Below are positions 50,163-62,184 of a stretch of DNA of 64,000 nt, in pieces. Numbering within the stretch: position 1 is the stretch's first letter; each line of letters opens with the position of its first letter. A program made the translations under genes and the position numbers. Where the stretch lies: positions 170,151 through 234,150 of the forward strand of contig CBFFRP010000152.1 in NCBI GenBank assembly GCA_965644295.1, given 5' to 3'. The DNA comes from Paraphysomonas bandaiensis. Its lineage: Eukaryota > Protista > Chrysophyceae. Under the pieces are notes generated by a model that was given only the letters and a program-made list of their open reading frames with translations, ran no database searches and was not told the DNA's origin.

Positions 50163-52703
50163 ATGTCCCTATTAAGGGTATGGATGAGTCATGTCAGTGT
50201 GCCTAGGGCCTCTTCTCCCTCTCTTCGGCCACATTTTGCTGATCACCTCGTCTCCGACAAATCTCTTGTTTTACCACGTTGTACACGTTCCAAGCCTCAC
50301 TGCCTGGCTTTGCGACTTCCACCCAACCTAACGGCTTCGGCTAAACCACGTGCCTGCACTAATGCAGCGCTTACCGCATTCATATGCCATCACATCAGTA
50401 GACATCATAGTCTCACCTATCGAATTCTACGGTTACAACCACTCAAAACGTGGCTCGTGCGAGCAGGTCCACGCAAAAGATCCTCTGGTGCTCTCCATAT
50501 GGTCACAGAATACTCTCGAACCCTCACAACTGAGCTACAGGGCTGCCTCCTGATGTCCACACAAAACAACCCAACATGGTTTCTCTGTGGTCTATGCATC
50601 CAGCAGGTTACCCCCTCATTCTGTTCACCTATCACTCCCTCAGCCCATTCCTCTTATTGGACAGACACTGTATTCCGCATACGGTATATTCGGCTACTGT
50701 ACTACAGTGCCCTACAGGATGTATACCACACAAAAACGGTGCTAGCATGCGGTACACCACGTAGCCCCGGACCCCATCAATACCCTACCAACACACACCC
50801 ACTTAATCTTGCTGGTTATGAGTATATCACCTATGCAAGGCCCCAAAGTTCACGCTTAAGTCTCTTGCGCAACAACACTCGGTTCACATACAGATATACA
50901 CCAACACTCTCTAGAAGCAACTTCGACACAATTTCAATGAAACGTGAAACAAATTCCAACACTTCCAGAACCTTCACTCCAAAGTTTGTTCTTCCCCCCT
51001 CCTATCAACCAACCAACATTGATGCGCAGATCAAAAATGCTATCAGAGAACAGAAGAAAGCCAAAGCTGACACTCCCCAGCTACAGCTCCCATCGGTACG
51101 CACCTTTCTGGGATGGGAAAATGACCTACCTGTGGGAGAGTACAAAACACTCGTCCTTACAAACATAAAAGCTGCTGATGATGCCACCTTCCTGGGGATA
51201 ACACACTACCTTATCCATGAGTTGGGGTTTCCCATTCAACCCCCTACCCCCCAAGACATCGCTACCTTCAGGGCAGCCAAGGATGCACGAACGTGTTCAG
51301 ACTTACCCGCTCCCACAGCGAGTAGGGTAGTCCGAGCGTTCGACCTAGGCAGACCTGGGTACGAAGTCCGACAGGGCATGGGAGCGAATGTTACCGCTGA
51401 CTCATGTATGTACTCCTCCCCTCTATGCTTTGACCTCCATGTAGAAACGGGCACATCAGTCGATGACAAAGGCCTCCTTCGGACCGAACGCCGACATGTC
51501 CAGATATCACTTTTCCGAACGCCACGAGAACTCTTCGTGGGTCGCACCAAGGATGAGCCCTCGCTGATACCAGTGGCGGCTATATATGGGCTACATGCAG
51601 ACTCAGCGCACACCAGACCTGCACATGCCTTTAGGTTACGAAACACGCTGGATATGCTTCTCCGAACGGGAGGTTTCCCCACGCCACCTCTATACGAAGT
51701 ATTCTGGACTCTAACACACTATAGAGGCAAGACTCGAGCCACTGATAAAACATATAGGTTCTATCAGATTCTATTACTCCACGATCCCATTCACGATCAG
51801 GATCTAAGAGCTAAATTCTATAAAGCACTCTTCAATAATGAAATAGGAGGACATGTCGAAATCAACCTCGGCTCACTCTGTTGTAGAATGGTCAGCACTG
51901 AAACACCCACGCAAAAGCAGTCCAACTGGACACCGTCTCAAGAACTCTTCCGCATCGCTGTCTGCTCTGAAACACTCCTATCTCCCATCCAAGTCTGGCA
52001 AGCCTGTGAGGCCATAGGTATCCCATCCACGGACATAGAGGACATCATTTGGACCGCCCGCAACCCACTCACAAGCGGGCGCAAAGAAAAAGAACGCTTA
52101 GTTGAACAAACCTACATTTACCTGGACGACAGGAATACCAAGATCAAACTCTGTTGGGAAATCTCACGCACAGGTATCGTGCCTTTACTGCGCAAAGCTC
52201 TGGGTGACGAAACTCTAAGGCTCCTCTATCACACCATAGCAGTCCCCCCTGGCCTCCCTACTCAGCGGTTTCTATACGGCCTCCATAAGGCCACAGACAC
52301 AGCAACAAACGCCCCTCCCATAATACCGCCTCCAACGTCCCTTCAACCCTTCGGTCCAACTGTTGCTCCACAAATGCAGACCGATACACCGCGATCGTAC
52401 ACTCCCAAACGACAGCGACAGATGGACACATCCCCATCAACAGAGCCAGCACCAGCTCCCACCTGCCCAGAGCTCTGCGAAATAGCTCTACACATCGCTT
52501 CAGATCTTGTACCTCTGTCAAAAATCCATGCCATCCTCGCGCAAATGGAAAACGCGGTTGCAGCTCTCTATGAGATCGATGCTGGGGCGACTCTCACGGT
52601 ACTTGATTACTATAAAAACAAGGTAGATCACAGTATCCCAGAAAGGTCCTCAGAAGAACACTCTCGGGTGGACTCGGACATCTTCGGCTCCGACTCCAAC
52701 TGA
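50163..52703 (+). CDS. LINE ORF1-position protein (up to 846 aa; true start may be downstream, e.g. ATG ~50938)
   Basis: Long uninterrupted ORF at the 5' end of the element; no domain recognised by eye. Confidence 0.65.
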   Translation: MSLLRVWMSHVSVPRASSPSLRPHFADHLVSDKSLVLPRCTRSKPHCLALRLPPNLTASAKPRACTNAALTAFICHHISRHHSLTYRILRLQPLKTWLVRAGPRKRSSGALHMVTEYSRTLTTELQGCLLMSTQNNPTWFLCGLCIQQVTPSFCSPITPSAHSSYWTDTVFRIRYIRLLYYSALQDVYHTKTVLACGTPRSPGPHQYPTNTHPLNLAGYEYITYARPQSSRLSLLRNNTRFTYRYTPTLSRSNFDTISMKRETNSNTSRTFTPKFVLPPSYQPTNIDAQIKNAIREQKKAKADTPQLQLPSVRTFLGWENDLPVGEYKTLVLTNIKAADDATFLGITHYLIHELGFPIQPPTPQDIATFRAAKDARTCSDLPAPTASRVVRAFDLGRPGYEVRQGMGANVTADSCMYSSPLCFDLHVETGTSVDDKGLLRTERRHVQISLFRTPRELFVGRTKDEPSLIPVAAIYGLHADSAHTRPAHAFRLRNTLDMLLRTGGFPTPPLYEVFWTLTHYRGKTRATDKTYRFYQILLLHDPIHDQDLRAKFYKALFNNEIGGHVEINLGSLCCRMVSTETPTQKQSNWTPSQELFRIAVCSETLLSPIQVWQACEAIGIPSTDIEDIIWTARNPLTSGRKEKERLVEQTYIYLDDRNTKIKLCWEISRTGIVPLLRKALGDETLRLLYHTIAVPPGLPTQRFLYGLHKATDTATNAPPIIPPPTSLQPFGPTVAPQMQTDTPRSYTPKRQRQMDTSPSTEPAPAPTCPELCEIALHIASDLVPLSKIHAILAQMENAVAALYEIDAGATLTVLDYYKNKVDHSIPERSSEEHSRVDSDIFGSDSN

Positions 52704-52850
52704 CTCCTACTGGACTGGGACACAACGAACATCAAACGTACACTCATAGAAGTGTCCGCAGCTGCTCACACGTGGTTATCCCCCAGTCCACACTTACATA
52801 TCCATAGTTGGCCCTCACCTGACACAACGACCTTCGCCTGTAGCACCCAC

Positions 52851-55800
52851 ATGCGTCCACCACGTAAACCGCCAGACAAACAGTCGAGATCCACCAGTGT
52901 ACATCCCACGAAAAGGCACCAAGGACCGCACTTTTCCTGTGATAATAGTGGTGATGGACCACGAAAACGGCCGGCCTCGACACAACGTAAGCGAAACAAC
53001 CTCCGGCGGCTCAGTCGCAAACGAACTCTGCAACAATTTCGTGAAGGAACAATCCAGTCCCTCCCTCCACACATACAACGTCAACAGACACGAAACAAGC
53101 TCCGCATCCGTGCCCACAACAAGCAAGCATGGCGAGAGCATTTACAACACCTGGCACAACAGTGTGTAGACACACACAACATCGTGACCACTCCTATACC
53201 TGACACAGCACCCACAGCTGTTACAGCACCCCCCGTCCAGAAGACTCCACACATACTATTTGCCTCCCTCCGCCCACAGTGGAGGACGAACAAGAGAGAA
53301 CAATCACTGACACAAGTGTACTGCCTCAACTATTTGTGCCGCACCCTCTGCCAGCTGCCTTCACGGACCCCGGACTGCAGAATTGGTCCTTCTACTCGCC
53401 CAGCGGTCTGTTAGCCATTGCCATACACGAAGAGGTGGTTCACAGTGTCATGTCCATGCTACAATCGAGGCACGCTTTAGAACGCATAGAACAGCACCTC
53501 AGATGTTCGCTTGAGGAGGGGAAAATGCTGGTTGCACGTCACTACACACACACAGAATACAACAACACACCAATGGAGGGCTTCTGCGGACTAGCTGCTA
53601 TTGCCGCAATATACCACAAACAACCGGAGGAGGACCACTACCCGTATTTAAATCCCGATGATCCAGCCTCGAAAGCAAAACTGCTCCAAGTCATTCAGAC
53701 AAGCAGGACGGTACTTAGTACCTACACGCTCGCTGAAGCCAAGATGCTTAACTTTGCATGCATCCGGAAGAAGCTCCGACAGCAGCTAACAACGTACAAC
53801 AAAGCACTACGCCGCAAACGACCAACTGCTGTCGGAATACCCCCAGAGCAATGGGGCTACACAGACATCATAGCCCTCCTGGCAGAAACCCTGAGTATAC
53901 GAATTCGTATCTGGCAAGATTCACCAGTGGACCTTGGCCACAACTGGGCGTACTGGTCTACCCACCATTCCTCCTTCCTTCCACAAACTCAATTCCTTCC
54001 ATCTTATGATGTGTTTTGCTCCAACGACCACTTCTTCCTGGACACCAAATACCCGGTGGAGTTGGAACTACACGCGCTACTCGAGAGAATTCCTGACCTC
54101 GTCATCATGCGTCTCCAAAATGTGTTGCAATATCATTCCAAGGGAATGCAAGGAGTACATCGTGCCAGGTCCATCAACCATCCCTCCCACGCCCTTCAGG
54201 GGAAGGAATTCTCTTCCGATAACAGCGGTGACGGACCCAGCAAATCCACCCACACATTACCCTTACCCACTAAGGATGCCACCACACCGTATGCAACTCT
54301 ATTTGACTATTTCCCAGTCAAACGGAGGCCACCTACCACCAACCCTACTCAACTGAACACCATGGGAACTCCAGCATTAGCCCCAGACGGCCCATCCTCA
54401 CACTCCACTACCACTCCTGACATCAGGCCGGATGCACTGCCCAAGGACATTGCCACACACCCCCGACACTACACAGAGGGCTGGGGTCACACGCCCTTTC
54501 ACTCCGATCTGCTGAACAACTGGGTTAGATATGATGAAACCCAAACCATTGCTGCCTCCCCACAGGGAAACCTTTTAAAAGAAATATATGCACACATGCT
54601 ATCCCCTGCCTGTACAGACATATGGGAAGGATTCATAGCCAAGGCTTCCAGGACGGACAACTATGATCTCATGATATCATTCACGCTACCAGAGCACAAA
54701 TTGGATACCACGCACAGCGCCCTACTAGTTGCCCAGCATCTCGCGAATGGCAACAAACCCTGGGCAGACTCCACTCATGTTGTATCTAGGCATGTGCGGA
54801 CCCTTTGCCTGACAAAGGGTATTCCCTCAACAGCCACTGTTAGTCTCCGTAAGACACTCATGCAATATGAATCCTCGACTCCACACACAGGACTACATCT
54901 AGACACGGAGGATTTCCAACTGCTACTCGATCTTCTCTCCATACCATACAGACTATGGGACGCTGTTCAACCGCACCTGGCGCCTGGTTGGGCACAGCTG
55001 TCACCATTCTCCAGACAGGCACTAACAGTGCACGCTTACTACCAACACTGTGGTAACCCATGACATCATACGCAGCCAGCATGGGTTTCACATACTCAAT
55101 GCAACAAATATCCCCACCTGCATCATGCACGCTCTAACACGGACTCAGGAGCGGCTATCCTGTTTTCTACAACACCAGACCTCCAGACAGAGCACCAATA
55201 TCCTCTGGACTTCTGAGCCGTCAACTGTACCACCTATGCTACATGAGCACAGAGAGCAACAGGAACAGAGGGAAGTAATTGCAGTCTCCTTGTCACCGAG
55301 AGCTCGACGTCAACTACGACAGATGAACCCCACGGACCGTCGACAACTCAGGCTCCATATGTGCGACATGAGCAGAGTCTACCGCCTCACCCTCAGACCC
55401 TCAGCCCTTCGCACACAACAACATATCCCTAGTGATGGGTACTGTGCATACAGCACACTCTATCATCTGCACATTCTTGCTTCAAGCAGGCGACACACTC
55501 GCTCCTGTCTAAAATTAGACCTCAAACAACGCAAGGACCGTCACACGCTAGCATCTTTCATAAATACATTAGGCACCCAAGCGTTCGACATAATGCAACG
55601 GGAGTGCATGGCCCATCACACACTTCAGCCACTACGACATAAGTTAGATCACGCACAGGCCGCACTTTTAATACCTACCAAAACAACATACACTACGGAA
55701 GACGACATAACTCACTGGCTCTCAGTGCGAGAGGTCCACCTTTTAGCCTCTACTATCAACCCCTGCACGACGTGGGCGCAAAATGGTAATTACCTCAGCA

Positions 55801-56350
55801 TTGTAGGCATCCCTACTGACAAAGTAGCTTATAACATCGCATGGAAGGTGGACGAACTTAGGGACGCTATTCGTGATAACTACTACCATGTCATACTACA
55901 AGATGCTCACTACTTCCTCTTAGACCCTGCCGGTCTTTCTACTGCCCTAGACAACGCCCTACTATCTCTTGAAAACACCTTGGCCACCAGTATACTCTCA
56001 ACGGCTGACCCCATCGCTCCACCTACACTCCCCGCGGACTCAATCACGAACAACAATAGGACATCAAAGATGACCAGCACCAGAACAACCTCGTCAAGCA
56101 GCACCAAGTTAGCACGAACAAATCGACAGATTCTGCAGGCTTCAACCCCTGGAGCACTACCATCGCACAAGAAGATGCAGTTGAAACACGCCCAAACTGC
56201 GTTGACAAGTCGATGCCAGCCAACCCGGAAAGCCAAAAAGGTCGTAAATTACGATGAAAGTGACCAACCAACGAACCTTCACAACTCACACCCAACCACG
56301 ACCACACGAACGATCAGACCAACTCCAGCACTAGATACCTCGGCTGGGAC
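52851..56350 (+). CDS. ORF2 N-terminal region (frameshifted): three OTU-like cysteine protease modules
   Basis: PMEGFCGLAAI...WGYTDIIALLAETLSIRIRIW...NDHFF; a degenerate middle copy (LLDLLSIPYRLW); PSDGYCAYSTL...HWLSVREVHLL...DAHYF. Spread over ORFs 52752-53414, 53279-55063 and 55050-56480. Confidence 0.7.
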
Positions 56351-56353
56351 AGG

Positions 56354-56740
56354 GACTGGTCAAGAAAGTTCTACATTGCGTACGCCGATAACACTGCCAA
56401 AGGACTATCCCTTTATGCGAAGAACACATTCCCAGCAGACGTCATCATTGCTGAGTACAAAGGCAAACGCTATCCACTAACAAAGATGAGTCAGTCTACA
56501 AGGCGTTCTGATTACATAGTTCAAGACAGTACTGGTACCTTCGCAATAGATGGCTTTGACCAAGTCCGACAATGTGTAACATGCGAAGCTGGGTATATTA
56601 ATGACCCCCTAGCCACAAACATGGCTAATGTCAAGTTTGTCACGAAAAATAAACGCCTCTATGTCCGTACAATACGTTCCATTGCTAAGGATGAAGAACT
56701 TCTCATCAACTACGGACATCATTATTGGTGTGATCAACGC
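56354..56740 (+). CDS. SET-domain lysine methyltransferase module within LINE ORF2
   Basis: Extending ORF 56486-56953 upstream in frame gives KGLSLYAKNTFPADVIIAEYKG...AGYINDP...ANVKF...LYVRTIRSIAKDEELLINYGHHYW, i.e. all the SET motifs. Confidence 0.88.
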
Positions 56741-56894
56741 TGGCCACTTGAGATATTAATCCAAGCCAGGGCTGCGTACGACAGCGACATAGGCGGTGCC
56801 AATATAGCAGTATGGGACAGACTCCTTGCAGACAAGGAGTGGAACTCCTACAGAGACCTCCAGCAGCATCCCCAAGGATCCCTCGGGAGCAGCC

Positions 56895-59800
56895 ATGGGA
56901 CTCCGACTCTCCACATGGAACACAAATGGCAATCCGGCATCACACACAGGTAAAGCCCAAGCTATCATCCGACACTTTAAGCGGCAAAAATTGGACGTGC
57001 TCCTATTACAGGATGTCCGTCTAACAGAAACTCAGGCCAACTTCTTCACGCGTATCATCGAAGATGCACTCCAGGGAACAAGAATATGCCTCTTCCTCAG
57101 CAAGCAGCCAAAACTGACTTCCAAGAGACCCACTAATGGGGGGTACAGTAGTCATAATCAGCGAATACTGGAAGCGCCGTCTCGCCTTCACAAAGGCTGA
57201 CTTTACGGGACTTGGTTTAGTGAGCCGACTAGAGTTCAAAACGTCGGTGGCGCACACCCTAGTACTAATAAGCGTCTATCTACCCCCGAAGCCATCCACG
57301 CCAGGCACTTGCACATTATGGAGCAAATTGACCAAGCTAGGGAGAGCGTCCCGTGGTATCTGTACTGCTGACCCCTACAAGCTCCTATGCAACATCCTTA
57401 CGAAATGGGTCACTAAAGCCAGAGCCAAGGACCATACTGTCATTGTCGCCGGCGACTTCAATGGCTCCATGGAGACAAATCCGAAAGGCAGAGACATACG
57501 ACCACTTGCCGACAAACTCCAACTGGCTGCACCACTCCATGAGCTTCTCCTACCCAGGAAAACATATCATACCTTCCACAGATTAGACAAAGGAATATCG
57601 CGGATCGATCATATTCTACACACGCCGTTACCTCCGAACATGTCTGTTACGGACACTGGCTGCCTTGACTCCCCCTCATTACTCGCAGCAGCCTTCGATC
57701 ATCGACCGGTCTGGGTCGGTTTCACCGTACCAGTCAATCTTGACCCTCGACCACCTGAGTCGCACCTCCGAATCCCCCGTCTCAATGTAAACCCGAAGGA
57801 CTCCAAGGAAGTACAGGCATACACCGCAAGACTCCTCCAACTTCATGCACAACTACCACATTTAGACAACGGATCGACTACCATACTCCCTCCTGAGGTG
57901 GCAGCCAACAGACTAGCGGCCATCCATCACATAACCCTCCAGGCTTCGCTTGAGGCGAAGCGTCCTGCATGTACACATAGCACACGCCTACACGAACGTT
58001 GTCAGCGCACACGCTCAAAGTTCAAGAATGGCTTTTCCCCGGAAATGAGAGTAATACAGGAAGGAATGCTCATGGTTTTGCGGATTATCCAAAAGATGTT
58101 CAATTCTGCTGGATACAAACGGCATGGATGGCGCGGCCCCCCGGCAACCACCCCCACCCACGAAATCATCACTGCATGGTTCGCCCGATGGGACTCCTAT
58201 CTCAGGAGTTCTCAGGGTCACATCAAAGGCATATCGGACATCAACTTCTGGTGCAGCCACCGCAACGCGGACCCACGAGTAATCCTGGGTTGGAACGAAA
58301 AGCAAGCCACCAAGAAAAACCTTCTCCGAATTGCCTTGCGATTGAGAGGACTTCTTCATGGAAGAGCCAGGACAGAAATGCGGACTAGACTCACGGCTCG
58401 CACCAAGCAGATGGAGGCACTGCTACAGCAGAAAAGACTTCAAGCAATTCTTCAGAAAATTGGTCTCAAGGTCAAAACACCACTCCGACTTACCACGGTG
58501 AAAACAACGGACGGACACATCCTCACAACGCCGCAAGACATTCATGAAGGCATTAATGCGCACTTCCGTGAACATCATGCCAAACCTCCTGGACTTGACC
58601 CTGTAGCACAACAGCTCCAGGATGACCCTACATGGTGGAAATCACTTCTTGATCCGGGCTCAGCGACATGCCAGGAACCACTCCACCCCCGCTCGAAAAT
58701 TCCTCTTCCCCTGCAACTGGGGTTACGACGGGCCCTTTGTACCAAGACCACTCCGGCCATGGCAGCCACACTCAAATCTACTCTTGCAAAAGACATCACC
58801 CAGGATGAATTCTACTGCACACTTCACTCTCTCTCCTTCAACCGCGCGCCTGGACCCTCAATGGTCTCCTCCAACATGGTCAAATCCTGGCCACCGGTAG
58901 TTCAGCGAGAGGCTTACATCCTCACCAGATCTCTCTGGAAACATAAACATGTGCCCATTTGGTGGAGAGACAGGGTAATGTCTCCCATTCTCAAGAAACC
59001 AGGAGAATCCTCCCTCACTAATCTCCGACCGATTGGTCTGCTTGAAGTCAGTAGGAAAATATTAACAAGGATAATCACTCATAGAATTCTTACCGTATGG
59101 GAGGAACAGAAAGTTTTGCATCCGTCCCAGCATGGTTATCGCTGGAGGAACGGGACGGACACAGCGATACTACGGGTACTCGCGGCTGCAGAAGAAGCAC
59201 GACGAAAAGGCGACCAGCATATATGTACACTCTGGGACTTCAAGAAGGCCTTCGACTCAATTGCGCCTAACCTCATGCGTCTCGCGTGGGCACGACTGGG
59301 CGTTCCGGACGATGTAGTTGACTGGTTTGGCAACTTAGATGCCGGCGGTCTAACATTTCCCTGGACACCATTCATGGCAAACAACATAGAGCCACGTTCT
59401 CTCCTTGACCTCCTGTCCGCAGACGGCCACTTCATTGCACTATTCAGTCTGGGTTTCGAAGCCGAAAGGGGTATCACCCAAGGGGGCACAGAATCCACAT
59501 GCGCCTGGGTGGCACTCTACGACATCCTTCTCACGTGGCTGGACATTGAACTGTCAACAACGAGTCCAACGTTACCAACTATTCAACTCACGACTCCGAC
59601 TACAGGCGAAATAAAGATCTCCTTCGCGGATGATCTTAACACAATAGCTAAATCCATACACGCTGCCCAACTCATTGCCCAACAAATATCTGCGTTCTGC
59701 GTACTTTCGGGAATGGAACTCTCTATCCCCAAAGTAGTTTGCACAGTGTTTCCGATCCTACAGGATTCCAACAAGTCCTCCGACCCCATTGGCTACATCA

Positions 59801-62184
59801 TTCTCTACGACTGGTCATGGCGCCCACACCCAGTCCCTATCCAAACATCACTAGAGTCGATACATTACCTCGGAGCAGACCTTCCTCTCACAATCACAGA
59901 CAAGGCCTCCCATGACTGGTGTCTAAAATACCTGAAAGTCGTGACCACACACCTAGGGATCAAACAGGCCTCAGCCGGCTGTAAAGTCATGGTTATCGAG
60001 ACCCAAATCATACCGACTTTGCTCTATAGAGCCACCAAAGCTTCATGGCCGCTACACTGGTACAGAGAAATTGACGCTGCTTGCGCAACCCTCTACAGAA
60101 AGGCCCTCAGTCTAGGCCCTGGATACCCCACGGAACTAATCTACCTCTCACTCAAGCACAACGGATTAGGTATGAAACGTTTCTCAGACTCAGCGCAGGA
60201 GCAAAAATGGGGATCTCTACAGCGCGCAATAACCCTCGGGGGAGAAGCAGGTCAAGCAGCACATTTTCTACTCACTCAGACAACAGAGCCACAGCCCCAA
60301 TACCACCACTATGTTCTCAGCCTCAGGGAATGGGGAACGGAATTGGGCCTTACCCTTCAGCAACCTGAGCCCCCCGAACCACAGGATGAACACATGCTGA
60401 CCAACCTAAAACAAGAACTCGGCCTTAATAGTGTCCAACCAGATACTTTCAAGGCTATCTTCACAGATGGATCATACACAGCCAGTGCGCTCTCCACTCG
60501 TCGCCTCACTCATGTCAATCCGCGAACCCGATGGACACACCGAGGAGGTGCAGCGGTCGTCTACTTACCCCCAGAAAATGCCTGGGAAGATGGTACAACC
60601 ACAATACTACGACTAGATACACCCTTTCGTGACGTGCCCGGTTTGGACTCATACGCATATGAACTCATAGGCACAGCCATGGGGCTTATACTCTCAACAC
60701 GTATTCCCGAACACATACGAAGCCACACAGACTGTCAGGCAGTGTGCACCCGCACTGAGGAAGCACTCTCCACAAGACGCAGAGCTCTCGGTCACCGTGC
60801 AAAAGGGGTACTACTCGAAAGCATCGCAGCCAGCAGAGATTGCAAACGACAGGTGACCTGGGTGAGGTCTCATCCCGAACGACGTACCACAGATGAAACG
60901 GAGTGGACGTTTGAGGACAAGGGCATCTATATTGCGGACGCAGTTGCGGGTGAAGACTGGCATGAAGTCGATCGCATCCTTGGAAAAAATAACTACACTG
61001 TCTGCACAATTGCGATTGACAGTGCCATCGAACGCTTACTAACTGCTGGATTATGGCACTGGCGTATGCACAGTACAAGACGGCCATACTACTCTAGCCC
61101 ACTCCTTACTAATTTCCAGGATCTCTGCGACCTAAGGACACTTGAGAACTACACTTCAACCAGAGATCAACGCTACGGACACAATCCTGATCGAGCGCCT
61201 GGCTACTGGACCAATAGCGGAGTACACCTCCCGCGCAAACTAGCTCAAGCGGATGGCAGTGCATCCAAAGACAAACTCAGCTCAAATCTACGCCAAAGAA
61301 TACTCAACACGGCACTGACATGGGACAAATCTTTCTGCATAGGGAGGAACCGGGCCAAAACCAAACAGGGACTTGACCTGACCAAAGCCGCATGCTCTGA
61401 CTGCGGGTTTCGACTAGATTCCCTAAAACATATGTGCCTCGACTGCACACATGAATCCATCACCCAAATAAGGGAAACTGCATTTCAATCGCATAAAAAT
61501 GTGCTCCACGAAATACAGAGAACTCAGACCTTACCCAACTGGATCACATCTGCACTACGGAGACTCTCCAGCAGAGCCTGGAATCCCTCCATCCCACAGG
61601 TCGAGAGATACTGGACTGGAACCATCACAGCAGCCCAACTGGAAACGGTCTTCGAAGATGCCATACACAACCACCTGACGGCACACAGTCTACGGAACCT
61701 AGAAACAGCGGTTATTAATCTCCTGCAACCGCTTTACACTGCAGCGAAGCTTATGCTACAGGATCGCGGTTGTCGCTATATCACCATGTCCAAAAGGCCG
61801 CCCAGACTACTCCCGAGACCCCGTCCGAAACGCAGTCAGTCAAGACAACGTCCGAGAGTCCTTCGACTACTAGGGGTCCAACGAAGACCCCCCACAGCGT
61901 CCCCGACTCCAGACACACGTGCACACCTCACAGGTCCTACCCGACAGAGCACTGGACTGCCCAGACCTCCACAACGCCGACGGCTTCGACAACTCTATCT
62001 ACACCCGCGGCCCCACAGGAGCACAGTAACACAGACTACAAACCCAACTCCTCCTCCCAACAATCCCCACCACTCTCAACCCACACATCTGGAACTAGGT
62101 GCACTCAGGACCCTAATCCAGAACGCTGAGCCCCCTCCAACACCAATGGAGACCCATCCCAAAGGGAGACCCCCAGATCAATAG
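56895..62184 (+). CDS. APE endonuclease - reverse transcriptase - RNase H - CCHC knuckle (one frameshift at ~57135)
   Basis: APE: LRLSTWNTNG, VLLLQD, SVYLPP, AGDFNG, SRIDHI, FDHRPV. RT: APGP, NLRPIGLL, QHGYR, DFKKAFDSI, GITQG, FADD, YLG. RNase H: FTDGS, AYELIG, TDCQAV, WVRSH, IADAVA. Knuckle: CSDC...HMCLDC. Confidence 0.96.

Noticed and set aside
52902-52961. Canonical 2A peptide
   Set aside because: Lacks D(V/I)ExNPGP; kept only as a non-canonical candidate.
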